A DNA stretch of 64,000 bases from an uncultured Candidatus Saccharibacteria bacterium (GCA_965231105.1 OZ246417.1:832908-896907), one strand, 5' to 3'; shown: positions 1 to 9,847, counted from the stretch's first letter. The notes: generated by a model not told the origin, from the sequence alone. Numbers and translations are program-made.

Positions 1-441
1 CTTATTGTAGTCGCCATTCAAAAGCCAATCGGGCAGCCATTTTTCCTCCCCCCATACAAAATGATGTGCCTGCATAGGCATATTGTGTGTTCTCGCAAAC
101 CCCACAACTTTATCCATTTGGGAAAAATCATACGTCGTTGGGCTTGGTCGTAAATCATGATCGGTAAAGTGCCAGTTAGGAATATTATCAAGTGTGGCTA
201 CCGTAAATTGATCGGTCAAAATATCTCGATAGGGCGCTTCATCAAGTAGCTTTAGGATCGCGAAGTTGCCAACCTCAACATTGTGTTTAGTGGCAAGCTC
301 TTTGAGCGAGGGTGATGGCAGCTTAGGAGTCTCAGGAGTCCGATGCCAAAAAGATACAAAGGCACTTGCTACCACCGCCACAAATATAGCGAGCATCACA
401 ATAGCACCTTTGTCTCGCGCAAAACCTGATAGTTTAGGCAT
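1..441 (-). CDS. Glycoside hydrolase family 10-like protein, 5' part only (runs off window)
   Basis: Open-ended ORF absent from the supplied track. My minus-strand translation from the ATG at comp(439..441) reads MPKLSGFARDKGAIVMLAIFVAVVASAF (N-terminal anchor), then ...DNIPNWHFT..TYDFSQMDKVVGFARTHNMPMQAHHFVWGEEKWLPDWL. This fits the GH10 pattern (N..KW, yDF, GH.LVW....P.W). 147 codons, in frame to base 1. Confidence 0.55.
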   Translation of the reverse strand, partial: MPKLSGFARDKGAIVMLAIFVAVVASAFVSFWHRTPETPKLPSPSLKELATKHNVEVGNFAILKLLDEAPYRDILTDQFTVATLDNIPNWHFTDHDLRPSPTTYDFSQMDKVVGFARTHNMPMQAHHFVWGEEKWLPDWLLNGDYNK

Positions 442-542
442 ATCATTTACACTACTCGAGTTGAAAATAGAATTGCTGTGAGAATTTGTACAAAGGCACA
501 ATGGTGGCGGTAGAATGATGACGCCTGTACAATTTATGTAAC

Positions 543-1301
543 ATGTCAAAAATTCGACTTGTTGATAACAGCCGTTTTTATATACTGATGAGCTCAATCC
601 TTTTAAGTGTGCTTGTCGTATGCGGGCTGCGTCTTACGATAGTGGGGGATAAATTATTCTATATAAGAAGCGAGCAGATTTTTGGTTTTTTGAGCCTGTT
701 TTATTGGTATGCCGCGCTGATTATTTCGCCTCTTAATAAAGTAGCTAAAGGACAAAAATGGCTACCACATGTCATTTTTGCTCGTCGGGCTATTGGTGTA
801 TCGGCAGCCTACTTCGCTTTATTGCACGTAAGCATTTCTTTATGGGGCCAGCTTGGTGGAGTAGGCGGACTAAATCTTTTACCGGGGCGTTTTATTTGGG
901 CGCTAGGTTTTGGATTTGTGGCTCTGATCGTGCTTCTTATCATGGCATCGACTTCGCTTGATAAGGTCATTTCTTTTATGACCTTCCGTCGCTGGAAATG
1001 GCTGCATCGCACAGGCTATGCTGCCGGTATTTTAGTCTTACTCCATATTTGGATTATCGGTACGCATATGGGATATTCGATCTTTAAGATCATTTTCTTT
1101 GTTATGCTCAGTGTGCTTTTTGGGTTAGAAGCACTGCGTGTCGCCCGGAGTTTGGCATCGCGCTTTCCGAAGCTTACATTTAATCCCTTCATATTAGCGG
1201 TGTGCGTATGGATCTTATTAAGTGGGGCATTGTTAGTAGTTCCACGTTCAATAGAGACGTTTCACTCTCGGCACGCAGCGGGGGGCGCCCATGATCATTA
1301 A
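543..1301 (+). CDS. Ferric-reductase-like / MsrQ-like transmembrane domain protein
   Basis: 252 aa polytopic membrane protein. Paired His-containing helices (RRAIGVSAAYFALLHVSISL; WKWLHRTGYAAGILVLLHIWIIG) resemble the heme-binding ferric reductase TM domain. Confidence 0.5.
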   Translation: MSKIRLVDNSRFYILMSSILLSVLVVCGLRLTIVGDKLFYIRSEQIFGFLSLFYWYAALIISPLNKVAKGQKWLPHVIFARRAIGVSAAYFALLHVSISLWGQLGGVGGLNLLPGRFIWALGFGFVALIVLLIMASTSLDKVISFMTFRRWKWLHRTGYAAGILVLLHIWIIGTHMGYSIFKIIFFVMLSVLFGLEALRVARSLASRFPKLTFNPFILAVCVWILLSGALLVVPRSIETFHSRHAAGGAHDH

Positions 1302-1830
1302 AAGATTAGTAGCGCTTCTAAGCAGTCTCTTTATTTTGCTGTACGCCGTGCCAGTACAGGCTCACGTCATTATTTCTGATAAAGATAGAACACTCGGTGC
1401 GATATTGCATGTTACACCCGATGACGATCCTATTGCCGGACAGGTGACCAGTCTTTTCCTTGATCTTCAGGACAAATCCATCACGCCACAGACTCATGTT
1501 TTTGGACTGACGGTAACTAATGAGGCAGGCGAGAAGTCTAGTGTACTTGCATATCCCGAAGGATCAACCGTATCGGCTCGCTATACATTCCCAACCCAAG
1601 GACTTTATACGCTCGAGTTTTGGGTTCGGCCGTTTGACGTGCTGGCAAAAACCACCACACTTACCTATAGCCAGCGCGTGTCGCGTGGCACTGCTCAATC
1701 TTCAGAGACGCAAGACTATCTATGGGCTGAGACGGGAATCATTATTGCGGGTGCACTCATGATATATTTAGGTGTATTGTTCGTAGGCAGACGACACGTA
1801 ATAGCAAAACAGAGTAAACAGGAGTTTTAA
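1291..1830 (+). CDS. Secreted, C-terminally anchored protein with His at the predicted mature N-terminus (possible metal-binding partner of YcnI)
   Basis: Signal peptide ...AVPVQA|HVIISD and a C-terminal TM helix. Overlaps the upstream gene by 11 nt and is 3 nt from the YcnI gene. Function is inferred from context only. Confidence 0.4.
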   Translation: MIIKRLVALLSSLFILLYAVPVQAHVIISDKDRTLGAILHVTPDDDPIAGQVTSLFLDLQDKSITPQTHVFGLTVTNEAGEKSSVLAYPEGSTVSARYTFPTQGLYTLEFWVRPFDVLAKTTTLTYSQRVSRGTAQSSETQDYLWAETGIIIAGALMIYLGVLFVGRRHVIAKQSKQEF

Positions 1831-1833
1831 GTC

Positions 1834-2466
1834 ATGACATTCAGAAAAATTATAGGATTGGCTATAGGAGCGATTGTTCCAGCACTCACATTTGCACAGG
1901 TTGCTTCAGCGCATGTGGTCGTTCGTCCAGCAGAAGTAAAGACAGCTGCTCGTGAGACATTTTTAGTATCAGTACCGAATGAGCACGACACTTCTGTAGT
2001 GGGTGTGCGTTTAGTTATCCCTGAAGGCTTAGAATCAGTACGTCCTTTTGCAAAAGCAGGGTGGAGCGTAAGCCTTACCAAGTCTGGTGAAGGTGAAGCA
2101 GCGAAGGTTACAGAAATTGTGTGGACGGGCGGTGCAATCCCCGTAGATCTTAAGGATGATTTCTATTTTGGCGCTAAGGCTCCGGCGGGTGAGGCTGAAC
2201 TTCAGTGGAAGGCATATGAAACCTATGCAGACGGCACCATTGTGTCTTGGGATCAGGCAACTGAAAGTGAAACAGAAGGCGGTACCAGTGGCCCATACTC
2301 AAAGACAAAAGTTGTTTCGAAGAGCGCGAATGAAAGCGCAATCGAAGCAGCAAGCGACAAGGCTCGTGCAGCAGAAAGCCGGGCCAAAGTTGCATACATA
2401 CTGGGTGCCGCAGGGTTAGTATTAGGTGGCTTAGCCTTCTTGAGTGTTGCTCGACCTAAAAAGTAG
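1834..2466 (+). CDS. YcnI-family (DUF1775) copper-binding protein
   Basis: Signal peptide ending ...QVASA|HVVVRPAEV (N-terminal His). VSVPNEHD and WTGG motifs typical of DUF1775. C-terminal TM anchor. Confidence 0.65.
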   Translation: MTFRKIIGLAIGAIVPALTFAQVASAHVVVRPAEVKTAARETFLVSVPNEHDTSVVGVRLVIPEGLESVRPFAKAGWSVSLTKSGEGEAAKVTEIVWTGGAIPVDLKDDFYFGAKAPAGEAELQWKAYETYADGTIVSWDQATESETEGGTSGPYSKTKVVSKSANESAIEAASDKARAAESRAKVAYILGAAGLVLGGLAFLSVARPKK

Positions 2467-2594
2467 ATACAGCACGCAGTAAGTGTGATAATTGTCACAA
2501 ACAGGGGTCAATTGCTTGCAATAGGCCCTTTTTTCTTGTACTGTAGGCTTAGAACTCGAAAACAATGCATCGGTGGGATAAAGGGAGGTCTGTT

Positions 2595-4130
2595 ATGTCA
2601 CAGCCAGGAACTTCACCAAATGTAATGCGGGATTCACCTACATCCGAAGTTTTTGACTCGCCCCAGGCTCCTCGACATCCTAGCCGCTTACGACATTACC
2701 TTCTCGGTGCCTCTGCACTGAGCATGGGAATAATGGGGGCTACGGCTATAGAAGTGTCGTATGCGGAAAGAGCAAGTGCTGCGCCAGATTTCGGTGCCTG
2801 TCCAAATGGGGGTGTCCCTTTGCCTGCTACATGGCATGATAAAAACTCAAATGGTGGCATGGATTATGGTGAAGTAGCGTGCTGGGATGAAGAAGCAGGG
2901 AGAGTGGTGCCTTATATACCCCCCGAAGAGGATTCTTACGGTACAAATTTTCAGATAAACCGTGAACCTTCGAGCTTGCATATTATTGAGCCACAACGCT
3001 TAGTAGATACGCGGCAAGTGAATAGCCCGCATAAAAAACTTGGTAGTGGTAAATACCTGGATGTCGCGGTAGTAGGAGGCGAAGTCCCCACGGATGCCTC
3101 GAGTGTGTACTTAACGGTCACGATTGCAGGCGCAACTAACCCAGGCTATGTTACGGCTTATCCAACTGGTACTGCTCGGCCTGAAACCTCTAGCCTAAAT
3201 GCAAATGCTGCTGGCGAAGATATTGCTAACCTCGTAAATGTGCCAGTGGGACAGGATGGCAAAGTAAGGTTGTATTCAAGTAACGGTGCTCATCTTATTG
3301 TTGACGTGGTGGGTTACTTTAAACCAGCCACTAACCCTGAAAAAACAGCTTCAGCTGGTCGTTATGAACCACGAGTTGTTAAAAGACTAGAGGATACGCG
3401 ACAGCCCGGAGAGTTACCGCTTTTTGACGGTGAGGAGAGGGAAGTCTACGTTGGTGATTTTTGTGATCCGAATAAATTCGGCGCGATTTTGCTTAATGCA
3501 ACTGTAACGCGCCACAACGGAAACGGGTATCTAGTAGTTTTTGCTGGAGATGAACAAAAGCCTAAAACCTCGAACGTTAATTTTAGAACTGGGCAAGATG
3601 CGGCGAACGGAGTCATTGTTGCGATGAGCCCAGAAGGAACAATAAAGCTTGAGATGAATGTCTCCGATCCAGATCCAAAAAATGCAGGGAGTGGAGATGT
3701 ACTCCTGGATGGTGCGGGTTGTATAACTAACGACACCGCCCCTCAATCACAAAACGGAATGTTTAGAAGTGTACTGCCAGTGCGATTACTTGATACTCGA
3801 TCTGGTGCAAAAATGAAATCAGGTGATTCTCGATATATACAAGTTGAAGGTCGACCAGGTTTTGATTTCCCAATCTCTGCGGTGGTAGGAAATGTCACGG
3901 GAACGCAAACTGAACGCTTTGGTTATGTAACCGTAGACTCACAGGGGAATGTTGATACTTCTGCTCTTAACCTAACACCTGGTCTAACGAAGGCAAATGG
4001 AGTAGCAGTTCCAAATTCGCAGAATGGGGATAAAGACGGGGTATTTGTACAGGTTACAGGGATAGATGCACATGTTATTTTCGATGCAACGGGTGGATTC
4101 ATTGCTGCGCCCGAACAAACTGGCGAGTAG
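2595..4130 (+). CDS. Secreted protein with three ~115 aa 'LxDTR' repeat modules
   Basis: Start chosen at the ATG preceded by AAGGGAGG; the track ORF starts at 2565. Hydrophobic N-terminal segment. Three repeats begin RLVDTRQ, RLEDTRQ and RLLDTRSG, each ending in a GYF/GGF-like strand. Confidence 0.7.
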   Translation: MSQPGTSPNVMRDSPTSEVFDSPQAPRHPSRLRHYLLGASALSMGIMGATAIEVSYAERASAAPDFGACPNGGVPLPATWHDKNSNGGMDYGEVACWDEEAGRVVPYIPPEEDSYGTNFQINREPSSLHIIEPQRLVDTRQVNSPHKKLGSGKYLDVAVVGGEVPTDASSVYLTVTIAGATNPGYVTAYPTGTARPETSSLNANAAGEDIANLVNVPVGQDGKVRLYSSNGAHLIVDVVGYFKPATNPEKTASAGRYEPRVVKRLEDTRQPGELPLFDGEEREVYVGDFCDPNKFGAILLNATVTRHNGNGYLVVFAGDEQKPKTSNVNFRTGQDAANGVIVAMSPEGTIKLEMNVSDPDPKNAGSGDVLLDGAGCITNDTAPQSQNGMFRSVLPVRLLDTRSGAKMKSGDSRYIQVEGRPGFDFPISAVVGNVTGTQTERFGYVTVDSQGNVDTSALNLTPGLTKANGVAVPNSQNGDKDGVFVQVTGIDAHVIFDATGGFIAAPEQTGE

Positions 4131-4192
4131 TACTTTTCTCTGCAGATTCTGCTGATTTACGTTTCTAGGCGTAAGCGGTATACTTGGATCAA

Positions 4193-4735
4193 ATGAAGGT
4201 GCTTACGGTAAGCAGGAAGAAACTAGTAGTATTGTTGGCTATAGTTTTTGTTGCTGTTATTGGGGGAGGGATTTATCTTCTTGTGATAAAGAAAGACTCG
4301 GCACCCTCTCAAAATGAAGACGCCAATACTCAAGGGTTCGGTGATGAAGAGTTTACTGCGGTTGAAAAGGCCAACGATGAATATGTTAGAAACAAAGAAG
4401 AACGTATTAATAATTTAGCTGCAGAAACGCAAAGTGTAGATGATTTACTAAAACAGCCTGAAGCAGACCAAGGGCCTATAGGACTGCAAATTATCAAAAA
4501 TAAAATAGAAGCCAATGATAAAGCTGGCGCTAAGCAGTTTATAGATTATTTGATGCAGCGTACTGATTCTACGGGAATTGAGGCGTCCGTACTGTGCTAC
4601 CAAATTGCAGATTCCGATAGCGCAAAGCGATCCTGTAGGGATCGTCTTGATGAGCAGGCACGAGCTTCTGGCATGATCGGCCCCAATGAAACAATGCCGG
4701 AGAGTTACTTGCAGCAAAAGGATGGGGAAGGTTAA
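4193..4735 (+). CDS. N-terminally anchored hypothetical protein
   Basis: MKVLTVSRKKLVVLLAIVFVAVIGGGIYLLVI TM helix followed by an acidic soluble domain. Stop lies 2 nt before the next start. Confidence 0.55.
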   Translation: MKVLTVSRKKLVVLLAIVFVAVIGGGIYLLVIKKDSAPSQNEDANTQGFGDEEFTAVEKANDEYVRNKEERINNLAAETQSVDDLLKQPEADQGPIGLQIIKNKIEANDKAGAKQFIDYLMQRTDSTGIEASVLCYQIADSDSAKRSCRDRLDEQARASGMIGPNETMPESYLQQKDGEG

Positions 4736-4737
4736 GC

Positions 4738-7380
4738 ATGCCAAGCTTCCTTACAAAGCCAAAGCTTCTTATCTTCGCAGGGTTCTTATTTGGTGTTATG
4801 CTCTTACTTTCTGGCGGTCACGCCCTTGCGGCAGATGGCTGGCTGGATAATCAGGTACCCTCTACTAGTTGGGGCCAACATCCATGGATGGTGGTAACTC
4901 GTCCTGGTAGCAATGGAATGGACGCAGGTAGCCAGCGTGCGCATGTGTATGTGCCTGTTGCCGGACCGGGCGATGCCGCTACGTTTACCATGACAGTTAA
5001 TGACGGCTGTGAGACTGGGAATGATGACAATCCAGCCAATAACAATACCTTATTTAGTATTTGGCCGGCTTTTGGCTTCAGTGTTTCCGGTGGTACGAAT
5101 GAGCCGATATTTGCTGATCATCAAGCGACACAATGTACCAGTGGCTCTGATGTTACATTCACTACCACACTACCCGCATCTGGCTATACTAACCTTGTCC
5201 AGATCCAGGCAGCAGGAGGGGTGACGCGGTACTATCGCTCGGCAGTGGTAACGGCGAATGTAACCTCAGGATCAAGCGCCTATTATGTTAACCGCTTTCG
5301 ATTTTCTACTGGTCATCCAGGGGCGCTATTTGCGTTTGCTGAAACAGGGGTTGATCCCGCTGGTAACCAGGGCTTATATACCGGTATTGCGCACAACGTA
5401 AATCCGCCGAATGGTTGGGGTTGGACCACTTCCATTATGTTTGCCCAATACTGTAACGCGGGAGTTCAAACGAGAGATGTCTATTTTTATGACACTGACG
5501 ATTCAAATGCGGCGGGCTCCTCTTCGCCGTACTGGCAAAATAACAACCAGCCGATGACGTGGCATATTCACGCGTTCGATCGTGTAACTGGTGCATATAT
5601 TGGACCGGTACCAGGAAGTGGAGGAGCGCTCAAAGGAGGTAATAACCAGGCGGATAGAATTCCAGGAGTTTCCTTTGACTCACGATATATTTATCGTTTA
5701 GATATTTCAAATGTTAACTATGTAAACAGTATTCAGGTGGCGCTGCCTTACCCTCAAATTAATGCGATTGATACATGTCAGCCAGGCAACCAACTTCCTG
5801 GTGGTGCAATTTCGGCTAGTTGCGATGTCTATGGAACGTTGTCCGTATCGGTAAACGCTTGGGATCCAGACGGGGGAAATGTAGGGGTAAATATTGCCAT
5901 TCCTACTTATGGTAATGCGTCCGGTGTTGGCAGTGGCAATATACCTTTGAGCCCATCAAGCCCCTATCCTGGACGACCTCGTGATGGGGTAACTTATACG
6001 ATTACAGGAAATGTGAGCGATGCGCAGACAGGGCAAGTGGTTGGTCTTGCATCCGGTACGTTTAATTGTCCGGTACCGCCCCCTACAAGCATGGCGTGCC
6101 CGACGGCACCGAATGGTGGACAGATAACATTCCCCCCGGATGAATACGGTGTCGTTGATACGCTTGGAGTCTGGGCTGTTAATAATACCAGTGGAGCAGG
6201 GGCTACACAGCCGACAATAACTTCGATACAAGTGAGTAGCGCACCCGGTGCCACAGGCTTGCCGGCTAATGCGGCAATCGTTACGCCTGCACCTCCAGGA
6301 GGAAATAGCAGAGTTGGTAATGTTGCAAATGTGAGCTTCCCAGCCCCTAACAGATACGCCATCTCATACACTGTAAACTGGAGTGGTTTACCCAATGGCG
6401 CTATTACGTGCGTAATAAATGAAGATATTTATGCCAAGCCTTATATAAAAGCCTATGGAGCAGATATCTGGGCGGGCGGAGGCTTCACTAGTGGGGGATC
6501 GTGTGTATCTAATACAAACGCGGCTATCAATGCGTTTGCTTCAGCGAATGGTGGAACTTATAGAGGTTCCTCGGCACAATTCGGTATTACCGCGCTGATG
6601 GGTGTGAACGAATTTTACTCTGCGGGACAGCGAACAGGGGCAAACCGTCCCCCACGCGGCCTAACATTTAGCAATACGTTGGGCTCTACATATGGAGGAA
6701 ACTTTGGGGGGAGTGGACTATGCATTACAGATTACTTTAATGCTACCCGCGACCCGAGTGTGCCAGAGGCTGCATGGCCTGGAACCTTATCTGCAAATCA
6801 GGGAAAGCGGCGGTATACAGCGTCTAATGTTGCCATCGGCGCAGGGGTGCTGAATGCACAAAGAGGTACGCAGGCAGCACTATATGTTACGGGCAGCGCA
6901 ATGATAAATAATGACATTCGCTATGTGGGAGGGGCAACCAGTGCAAATGACTTGCCGTTCTTCGCGCTGATTGTCTGTGGGGATATCTACATAAATTCAA
7001 ATGTCCAGCGTATTGATGGACTCTATGTTGCTCAGCCAGGTTGTGGGGGCAACGGTCGAATCTATACCTGCGCGCCTTCTGCGGGTAGCCTCTATTCAAC
7101 TCAAGCTCTTTACGACTCATGTAACGATAACCAACTGAGCGTGAACGGAGCGCTTATTGGACAGCAAGTCCGTTTCTTCCGTACTCGTCAGACGCTTAAT
7201 CTGTCGCCCATTGGCGCGTCCGAGACTCCCAATCTAGGCACCGGAGCAGGAACTAACGCGGCAGAGGTCGTGAACTATACGCCCGAACTATGGATGGCGC
7301 CATCGCCATTGCTTGATCCTGCCAGCAGTTCTGCAGCGGGTGAATACGATGCGATTATTGGACTGCCACCAGTCTTCTAG
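4738..7380 (+). CDS. Large (880 aa) secreted protein, no recognisable domain
   Basis: Signal peptide ...GGHALA|ADG. Gly/Asn/Thr-rich, beta-rich-looking sequence. Uninterrupted 2.6 kb ORF immediately upstream of pilM. Confidence 0.75.
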   Translation: MPSFLTKPKLLIFAGFLFGVMLLLSGGHALAADGWLDNQVPSTSWGQHPWMVVTRPGSNGMDAGSQRAHVYVPVAGPGDAATFTMTVNDGCETGNDDNPANNNTLFSIWPAFGFSVSGGTNEPIFADHQATQCTSGSDVTFTTTLPASGYTNLVQIQAAGGVTRYYRSAVVTANVTSGSSAYYVNRFRFSTGHPGALFAFAETGVDPAGNQGLYTGIAHNVNPPNGWGWTTSIMFAQYCNAGVQTRDVYFYDTDDSNAAGSSSPYWQNNNQPMTWHIHAFDRVTGAYIGPVPGSGGALKGGNNQADRIPGVSFDSRYIYRLDISNVNYVNSIQVALPYPQINAIDTCQPGNQLPGGAISASCDVYGTLSVSVNAWDPDGGNVGVNIAIPTYGNASGVGSGNIPLSPSSPYPGRPRDGVTYTITGNVSDAQTGQVVGLASGTFNCPVPPPTSMACPTAPNGGQITFPPDEYGVVDTLGVWAVNNTSGAGATQPTITSIQVSSAPGATGLPANAAIVTPAPPGGNSRVGNVANVSFPAPNRYAISYTVNWSGLPNGAITCVINEDIYAKPYIKAYGADIWAGGGFTSGGSCVSNTNAAINAFASANGGTYRGSSAQFGITALMGVNEFYSAGQRTGANRPPRGLTFSNTLGSTYGGNFGGSGLCITDYFNATRDPSVPEAAWPGTLSANQGKRRYTASNVAIGAGVLNAQRGTQAALYVTGSAMINNDIRYVGGATSANDLPFFALIVCGDIYINSNVQRIDGLYVAQPGCGGNGRIYTCAPSAGSLYSTQALYDSCNDNQLSVNGALIGQQVRFFRTRQTLNLSPIGASETPNLGTGAGTNAAEVVNYTPELWMAPSPLLDPASSSAAGEYDAIIGLPPVF

Positions 7381-7435
7381 TTTTCCACTCGTTAGCCTAA
7401 ACAATACGAAACTATGCCATTGTCTGTTATGCTTA

Positions 7436-7444
7436 TGCTATAAT
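7436..7444 (+). promoter_or_regulatory. Candidate extended -10 (TGcTATAAT) for the pilM operon; implies a near-leaderless mRNA
   Basis: TGCTATAAT ends 11 nt before the pilM ATG. No Shine-Dalgarno sequence lies between them. Confidence 0.3.
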
Positions 7445-7455
7445 CGGAACTAATT

Positions 7456-8496
7456 ATGAGCATACTGAGTGGGGTATCAGACTTCTTCGGACTTGATCTC
7501 GGTACCACCGCCATACGAGTCGTACAGCTGCGGGGCAGTGGCCCTAATAAAGCCTTAGTAAAGTATGGTTATGTACCTGTTGATCCTAAGCTATCTTTAA
7601 GCGATGCCAAGGCTGATCAGCAAAAGCTAGTACAGATTGTGCGTGAACTTCTAACCCAGGCACGTGTAACGGTGAAGGATGTAGCGGTTGGATTACCGTC
7701 CAATCGTGTCTTTACGACCGTTGTTGATATTGATCGTTTAAGTCCAGCAGAACTTGCCAAGACTATTACGTATCAAGCTGATTCGTTAATCCCAACCCCT
7801 GTGGCAGAAAGCAAAATAGACTGGGCGCTTCTCGGTGATTCACCTAAGGATCAGTCTAAAGTAGAGATCTTACTTTCAAGTGCTACAAACGAGTTTATTG
7901 AATCGCGCTTAGACATGCTGGAATCAATCGGCCTCAATGTAATTGCGTTTGAGCCAGATAGTCTTGCGTTAGCGCGAGCTCTCACATCACCTGAAACAAT
8001 GTTACCGACGATGGTACTCGATATTGGTAGCAAGACTACCGACATTATCATCACGATGAACGGTGCGCCACGCTTAACACGTGCTATCCCAACCGGTGCA
8101 GATGCTATTGTCCGCGCTGCTATGCAGAATCTGAGTATTGACGAGAAGCAGGCTCAGCAGTTTGTGTTTAAGTTCGGCCTTGGCAAGGATAAGCTTGAAG
8201 GACAGATCTATAACTCCATCTTAGGAACTGTAGAACTCTTAATGAGCGATATAGATAAGTCTATTAAGTTCTTCCAGACTCGATATGCGAATGCTCGTAT
8301 TGATCGCATTATTGTCACAGGGGCAGCTTCAGCGCTTGCCGAATTCCCACTGTATCTTGCTAATAAGTTTGGAATCAACGTGGAGATCGGTAACGCATGG
8401 CGCAATGTTGCATTCCCGGCCGATAGGCAGAACGAATTATTGGCAGTATCGAATCATTTTGGTGTGGCAGCCGGATTAGCGGAGCGAACAGAATGA
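7456..8496 (+). CDS. pilM: Type IV pilus assembly protein PilM (actin-like ATPase fold)
   Basis: FGLDLGTTAIRVVQL N-terminus, 346 aa. ATGA overlap with the next gene. Confidence 0.85.
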   Translation: MSILSGVSDFFGLDLGTTAIRVVQLRGSGPNKALVKYGYVPVDPKLSLSDAKADQQKLVQIVRELLTQARVTVKDVAVGLPSNRVFTTVVDIDRLSPAELAKTITYQADSLIPTPVAESKIDWALLGDSPKDQSKVEILLSSATNEFIESRLDMLESIGLNVIAFEPDSLALARALTSPETMLPTMVLDIGSKTTDIIITMNGAPRLTRAIPTGADAIVRAAMQNLSIDEKQAQQFVFKFGLGKDKLEGQIYNSILGTVELLMSDIDKSIKFFQTRYANARIDRIIVTGAASALAEFPLYLANKFGINVEIGNAWRNVAFPADRQNELLAVSNHFGVAAGLAERTE

Positions 8497-9179
8497 TTCA
8501 GCTAAACCTTCTTCCAACAGTCAAACTTGAGTTTATAAAGGCCAAGCGTGCTAAGCGCATGGTGCTGGTTATCTCGTTCCTCGCCGTTGCAGTATCTGTT
8601 ACGTTAGTTATCGTTATGTTCTCGCTTACCATGTTCCAAAAGCGACACATAAGTGATCTTGATAAGGATATTAAGACAGCTGAAACAAAGATGTTAGCAA
8701 CACCTGATCTGGCTAAGATTCTGACCATTCAAAGCCAGCTTAATAGTTTGCCAACACTATACAGCGATCGTCCGGTGGTGAGCCGTCTTTTCCCATATCT
8801 CCAGCAAACAACACCATCCGGTATTGGCATCACTGATATGACCATTGATTTTACTGAAAGCACACTTTCTATTGAAGGCAAATCCGCAGTGCTCGAACTT
8901 GTTAACCGCTATGCTGATACTTTGAAGTTTACAGACTATACAGTGAAGCCGGCCGAAAATGAGCAGCAAGCTCCGCCTGCCCGAGCATTTTCCGAAGTGG
9001 TATTAGCCGAGTTTGCACGCGACGATAAGGGTACAACCTTCACGCTTAAATTAAAGTTTGATCCGATTATCTTTGATAGCACAAAGGAAGTAACATTGGC
9101 AGTACCTGCAACAATTACCACTCGGTCTGAAACAGAGCTGCCGGATACAGGTGTATTCCAGCAAGGAACAGAGGAATAA
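8493..9179 (+). CDS. pilN: PilN-like pilus assembly protein
   Basis: MIQLNLLP N-terminus, a single TM helix, and a position after pilM. Confidence 0.7.
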   Translation: MIQLNLLPTVKLEFIKAKRAKRMVLVISFLAVAVSVTLVIVMFSLTMFQKRHISDLDKDIKTAETKMLATPDLAKILTIQSQLNSLPTLYSDRPVVSRLFPYLQQTTPSGIGITDMTIDFTESTLSIEGKSAVLELVNRYADTLKFTDYTVKPAENEQQAPPARAFSEVVLAEFARDDKGTTFTLKLKFDPIIFDSTKEVTLAVPATITTRSETELPDTGVFQQGTEE

Positions 9180-9181
9180 AT

Positions 9182-9847
9182 ATGGCAAAAAAAGTAGCAG
9201 CATCAACAAAAAGGGTACAGGTCGATAAGGCCAAGACCACACTACTCCTAATTGTTGCCGGTGCAGCATTCGTGGTGGTCTTTGCGCTTATTGCGAGTAA
9301 GTCATATTTTAGCCAGGCCAATTATCTGAGTCGTGTGGCGGGCGAAAAAGAAGATGCCCTTAACCAACTTAAGGATAATGAAAAAGCCGTCACTCAGCTT
9401 GTTGCCGCTTATGAAGAATTTGCAAGCAAAGATCCAAACATTCTTAATGGAAGAAAAGAAGGTGAAGGGGAGCTGGATGGCGATAACGCTCGTCTTATTC
9501 TCGATGCACTTCCTAGCAAGTATGATTTCCCGGCTCTAACGAGCAGTGTTGAAAATCTAATTGGCGGTCGCAAGATTAAAGCAATTACCGGTACCGATGA
9601 TATTTTGACACAAGAACAAAGTGCTACCAGCGGAACACCGATTGAGATTCCGTTTACTGCCGATGTAGAGGCAAGTTATCAGAGTATCCAGGAACTAGTT
9701 AACTCTTTTGAGCGTTCTATCAGGCCATTCCACTTCTTATCTATGCAGTTTAAAGGCGTAGAGAATGGGGTAGAAGGTATCTTTAAGATTAAAACGTATT
9801 ATCAGCCGGAGAAAGATCTAACGATACAAAAGAAGGTAGTGCAATGA
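9182..9847 (+). CDS. PilO-like pilus assembly protein
   Basis: N-terminal TM helix plus a coiled-coil segment, positioned after pilN. ATGA overlap with the next ORF. The call rests on position and architecture. Confidence 0.5.
   Translation: MAKKVAASTKRVQVDKAKTTLLLIVAGAAFVVVFALIASKSYFSQANYLSRVAGEKEDALNQLKDNEKAVTQLVAAYEEFASKDPNILNGRKEGEGELDGDNARLILDALPSKYDFPALTSSVENLIGGRKIKAITGTDDILTQEQSATSGTPIEIPFTADVEASYQSIQELVNSFERSIRPFHFLSMQFKGVENGVEGIFKIKTYYQPEKDLTIQKKVVQ

Noticed and set aside
266-481. 71 aa plus-strand ORF from the track
   Set aside because: It lies antisense to the much better supported GH10-like minus-strand frame. It has no RBS and an odd composition.
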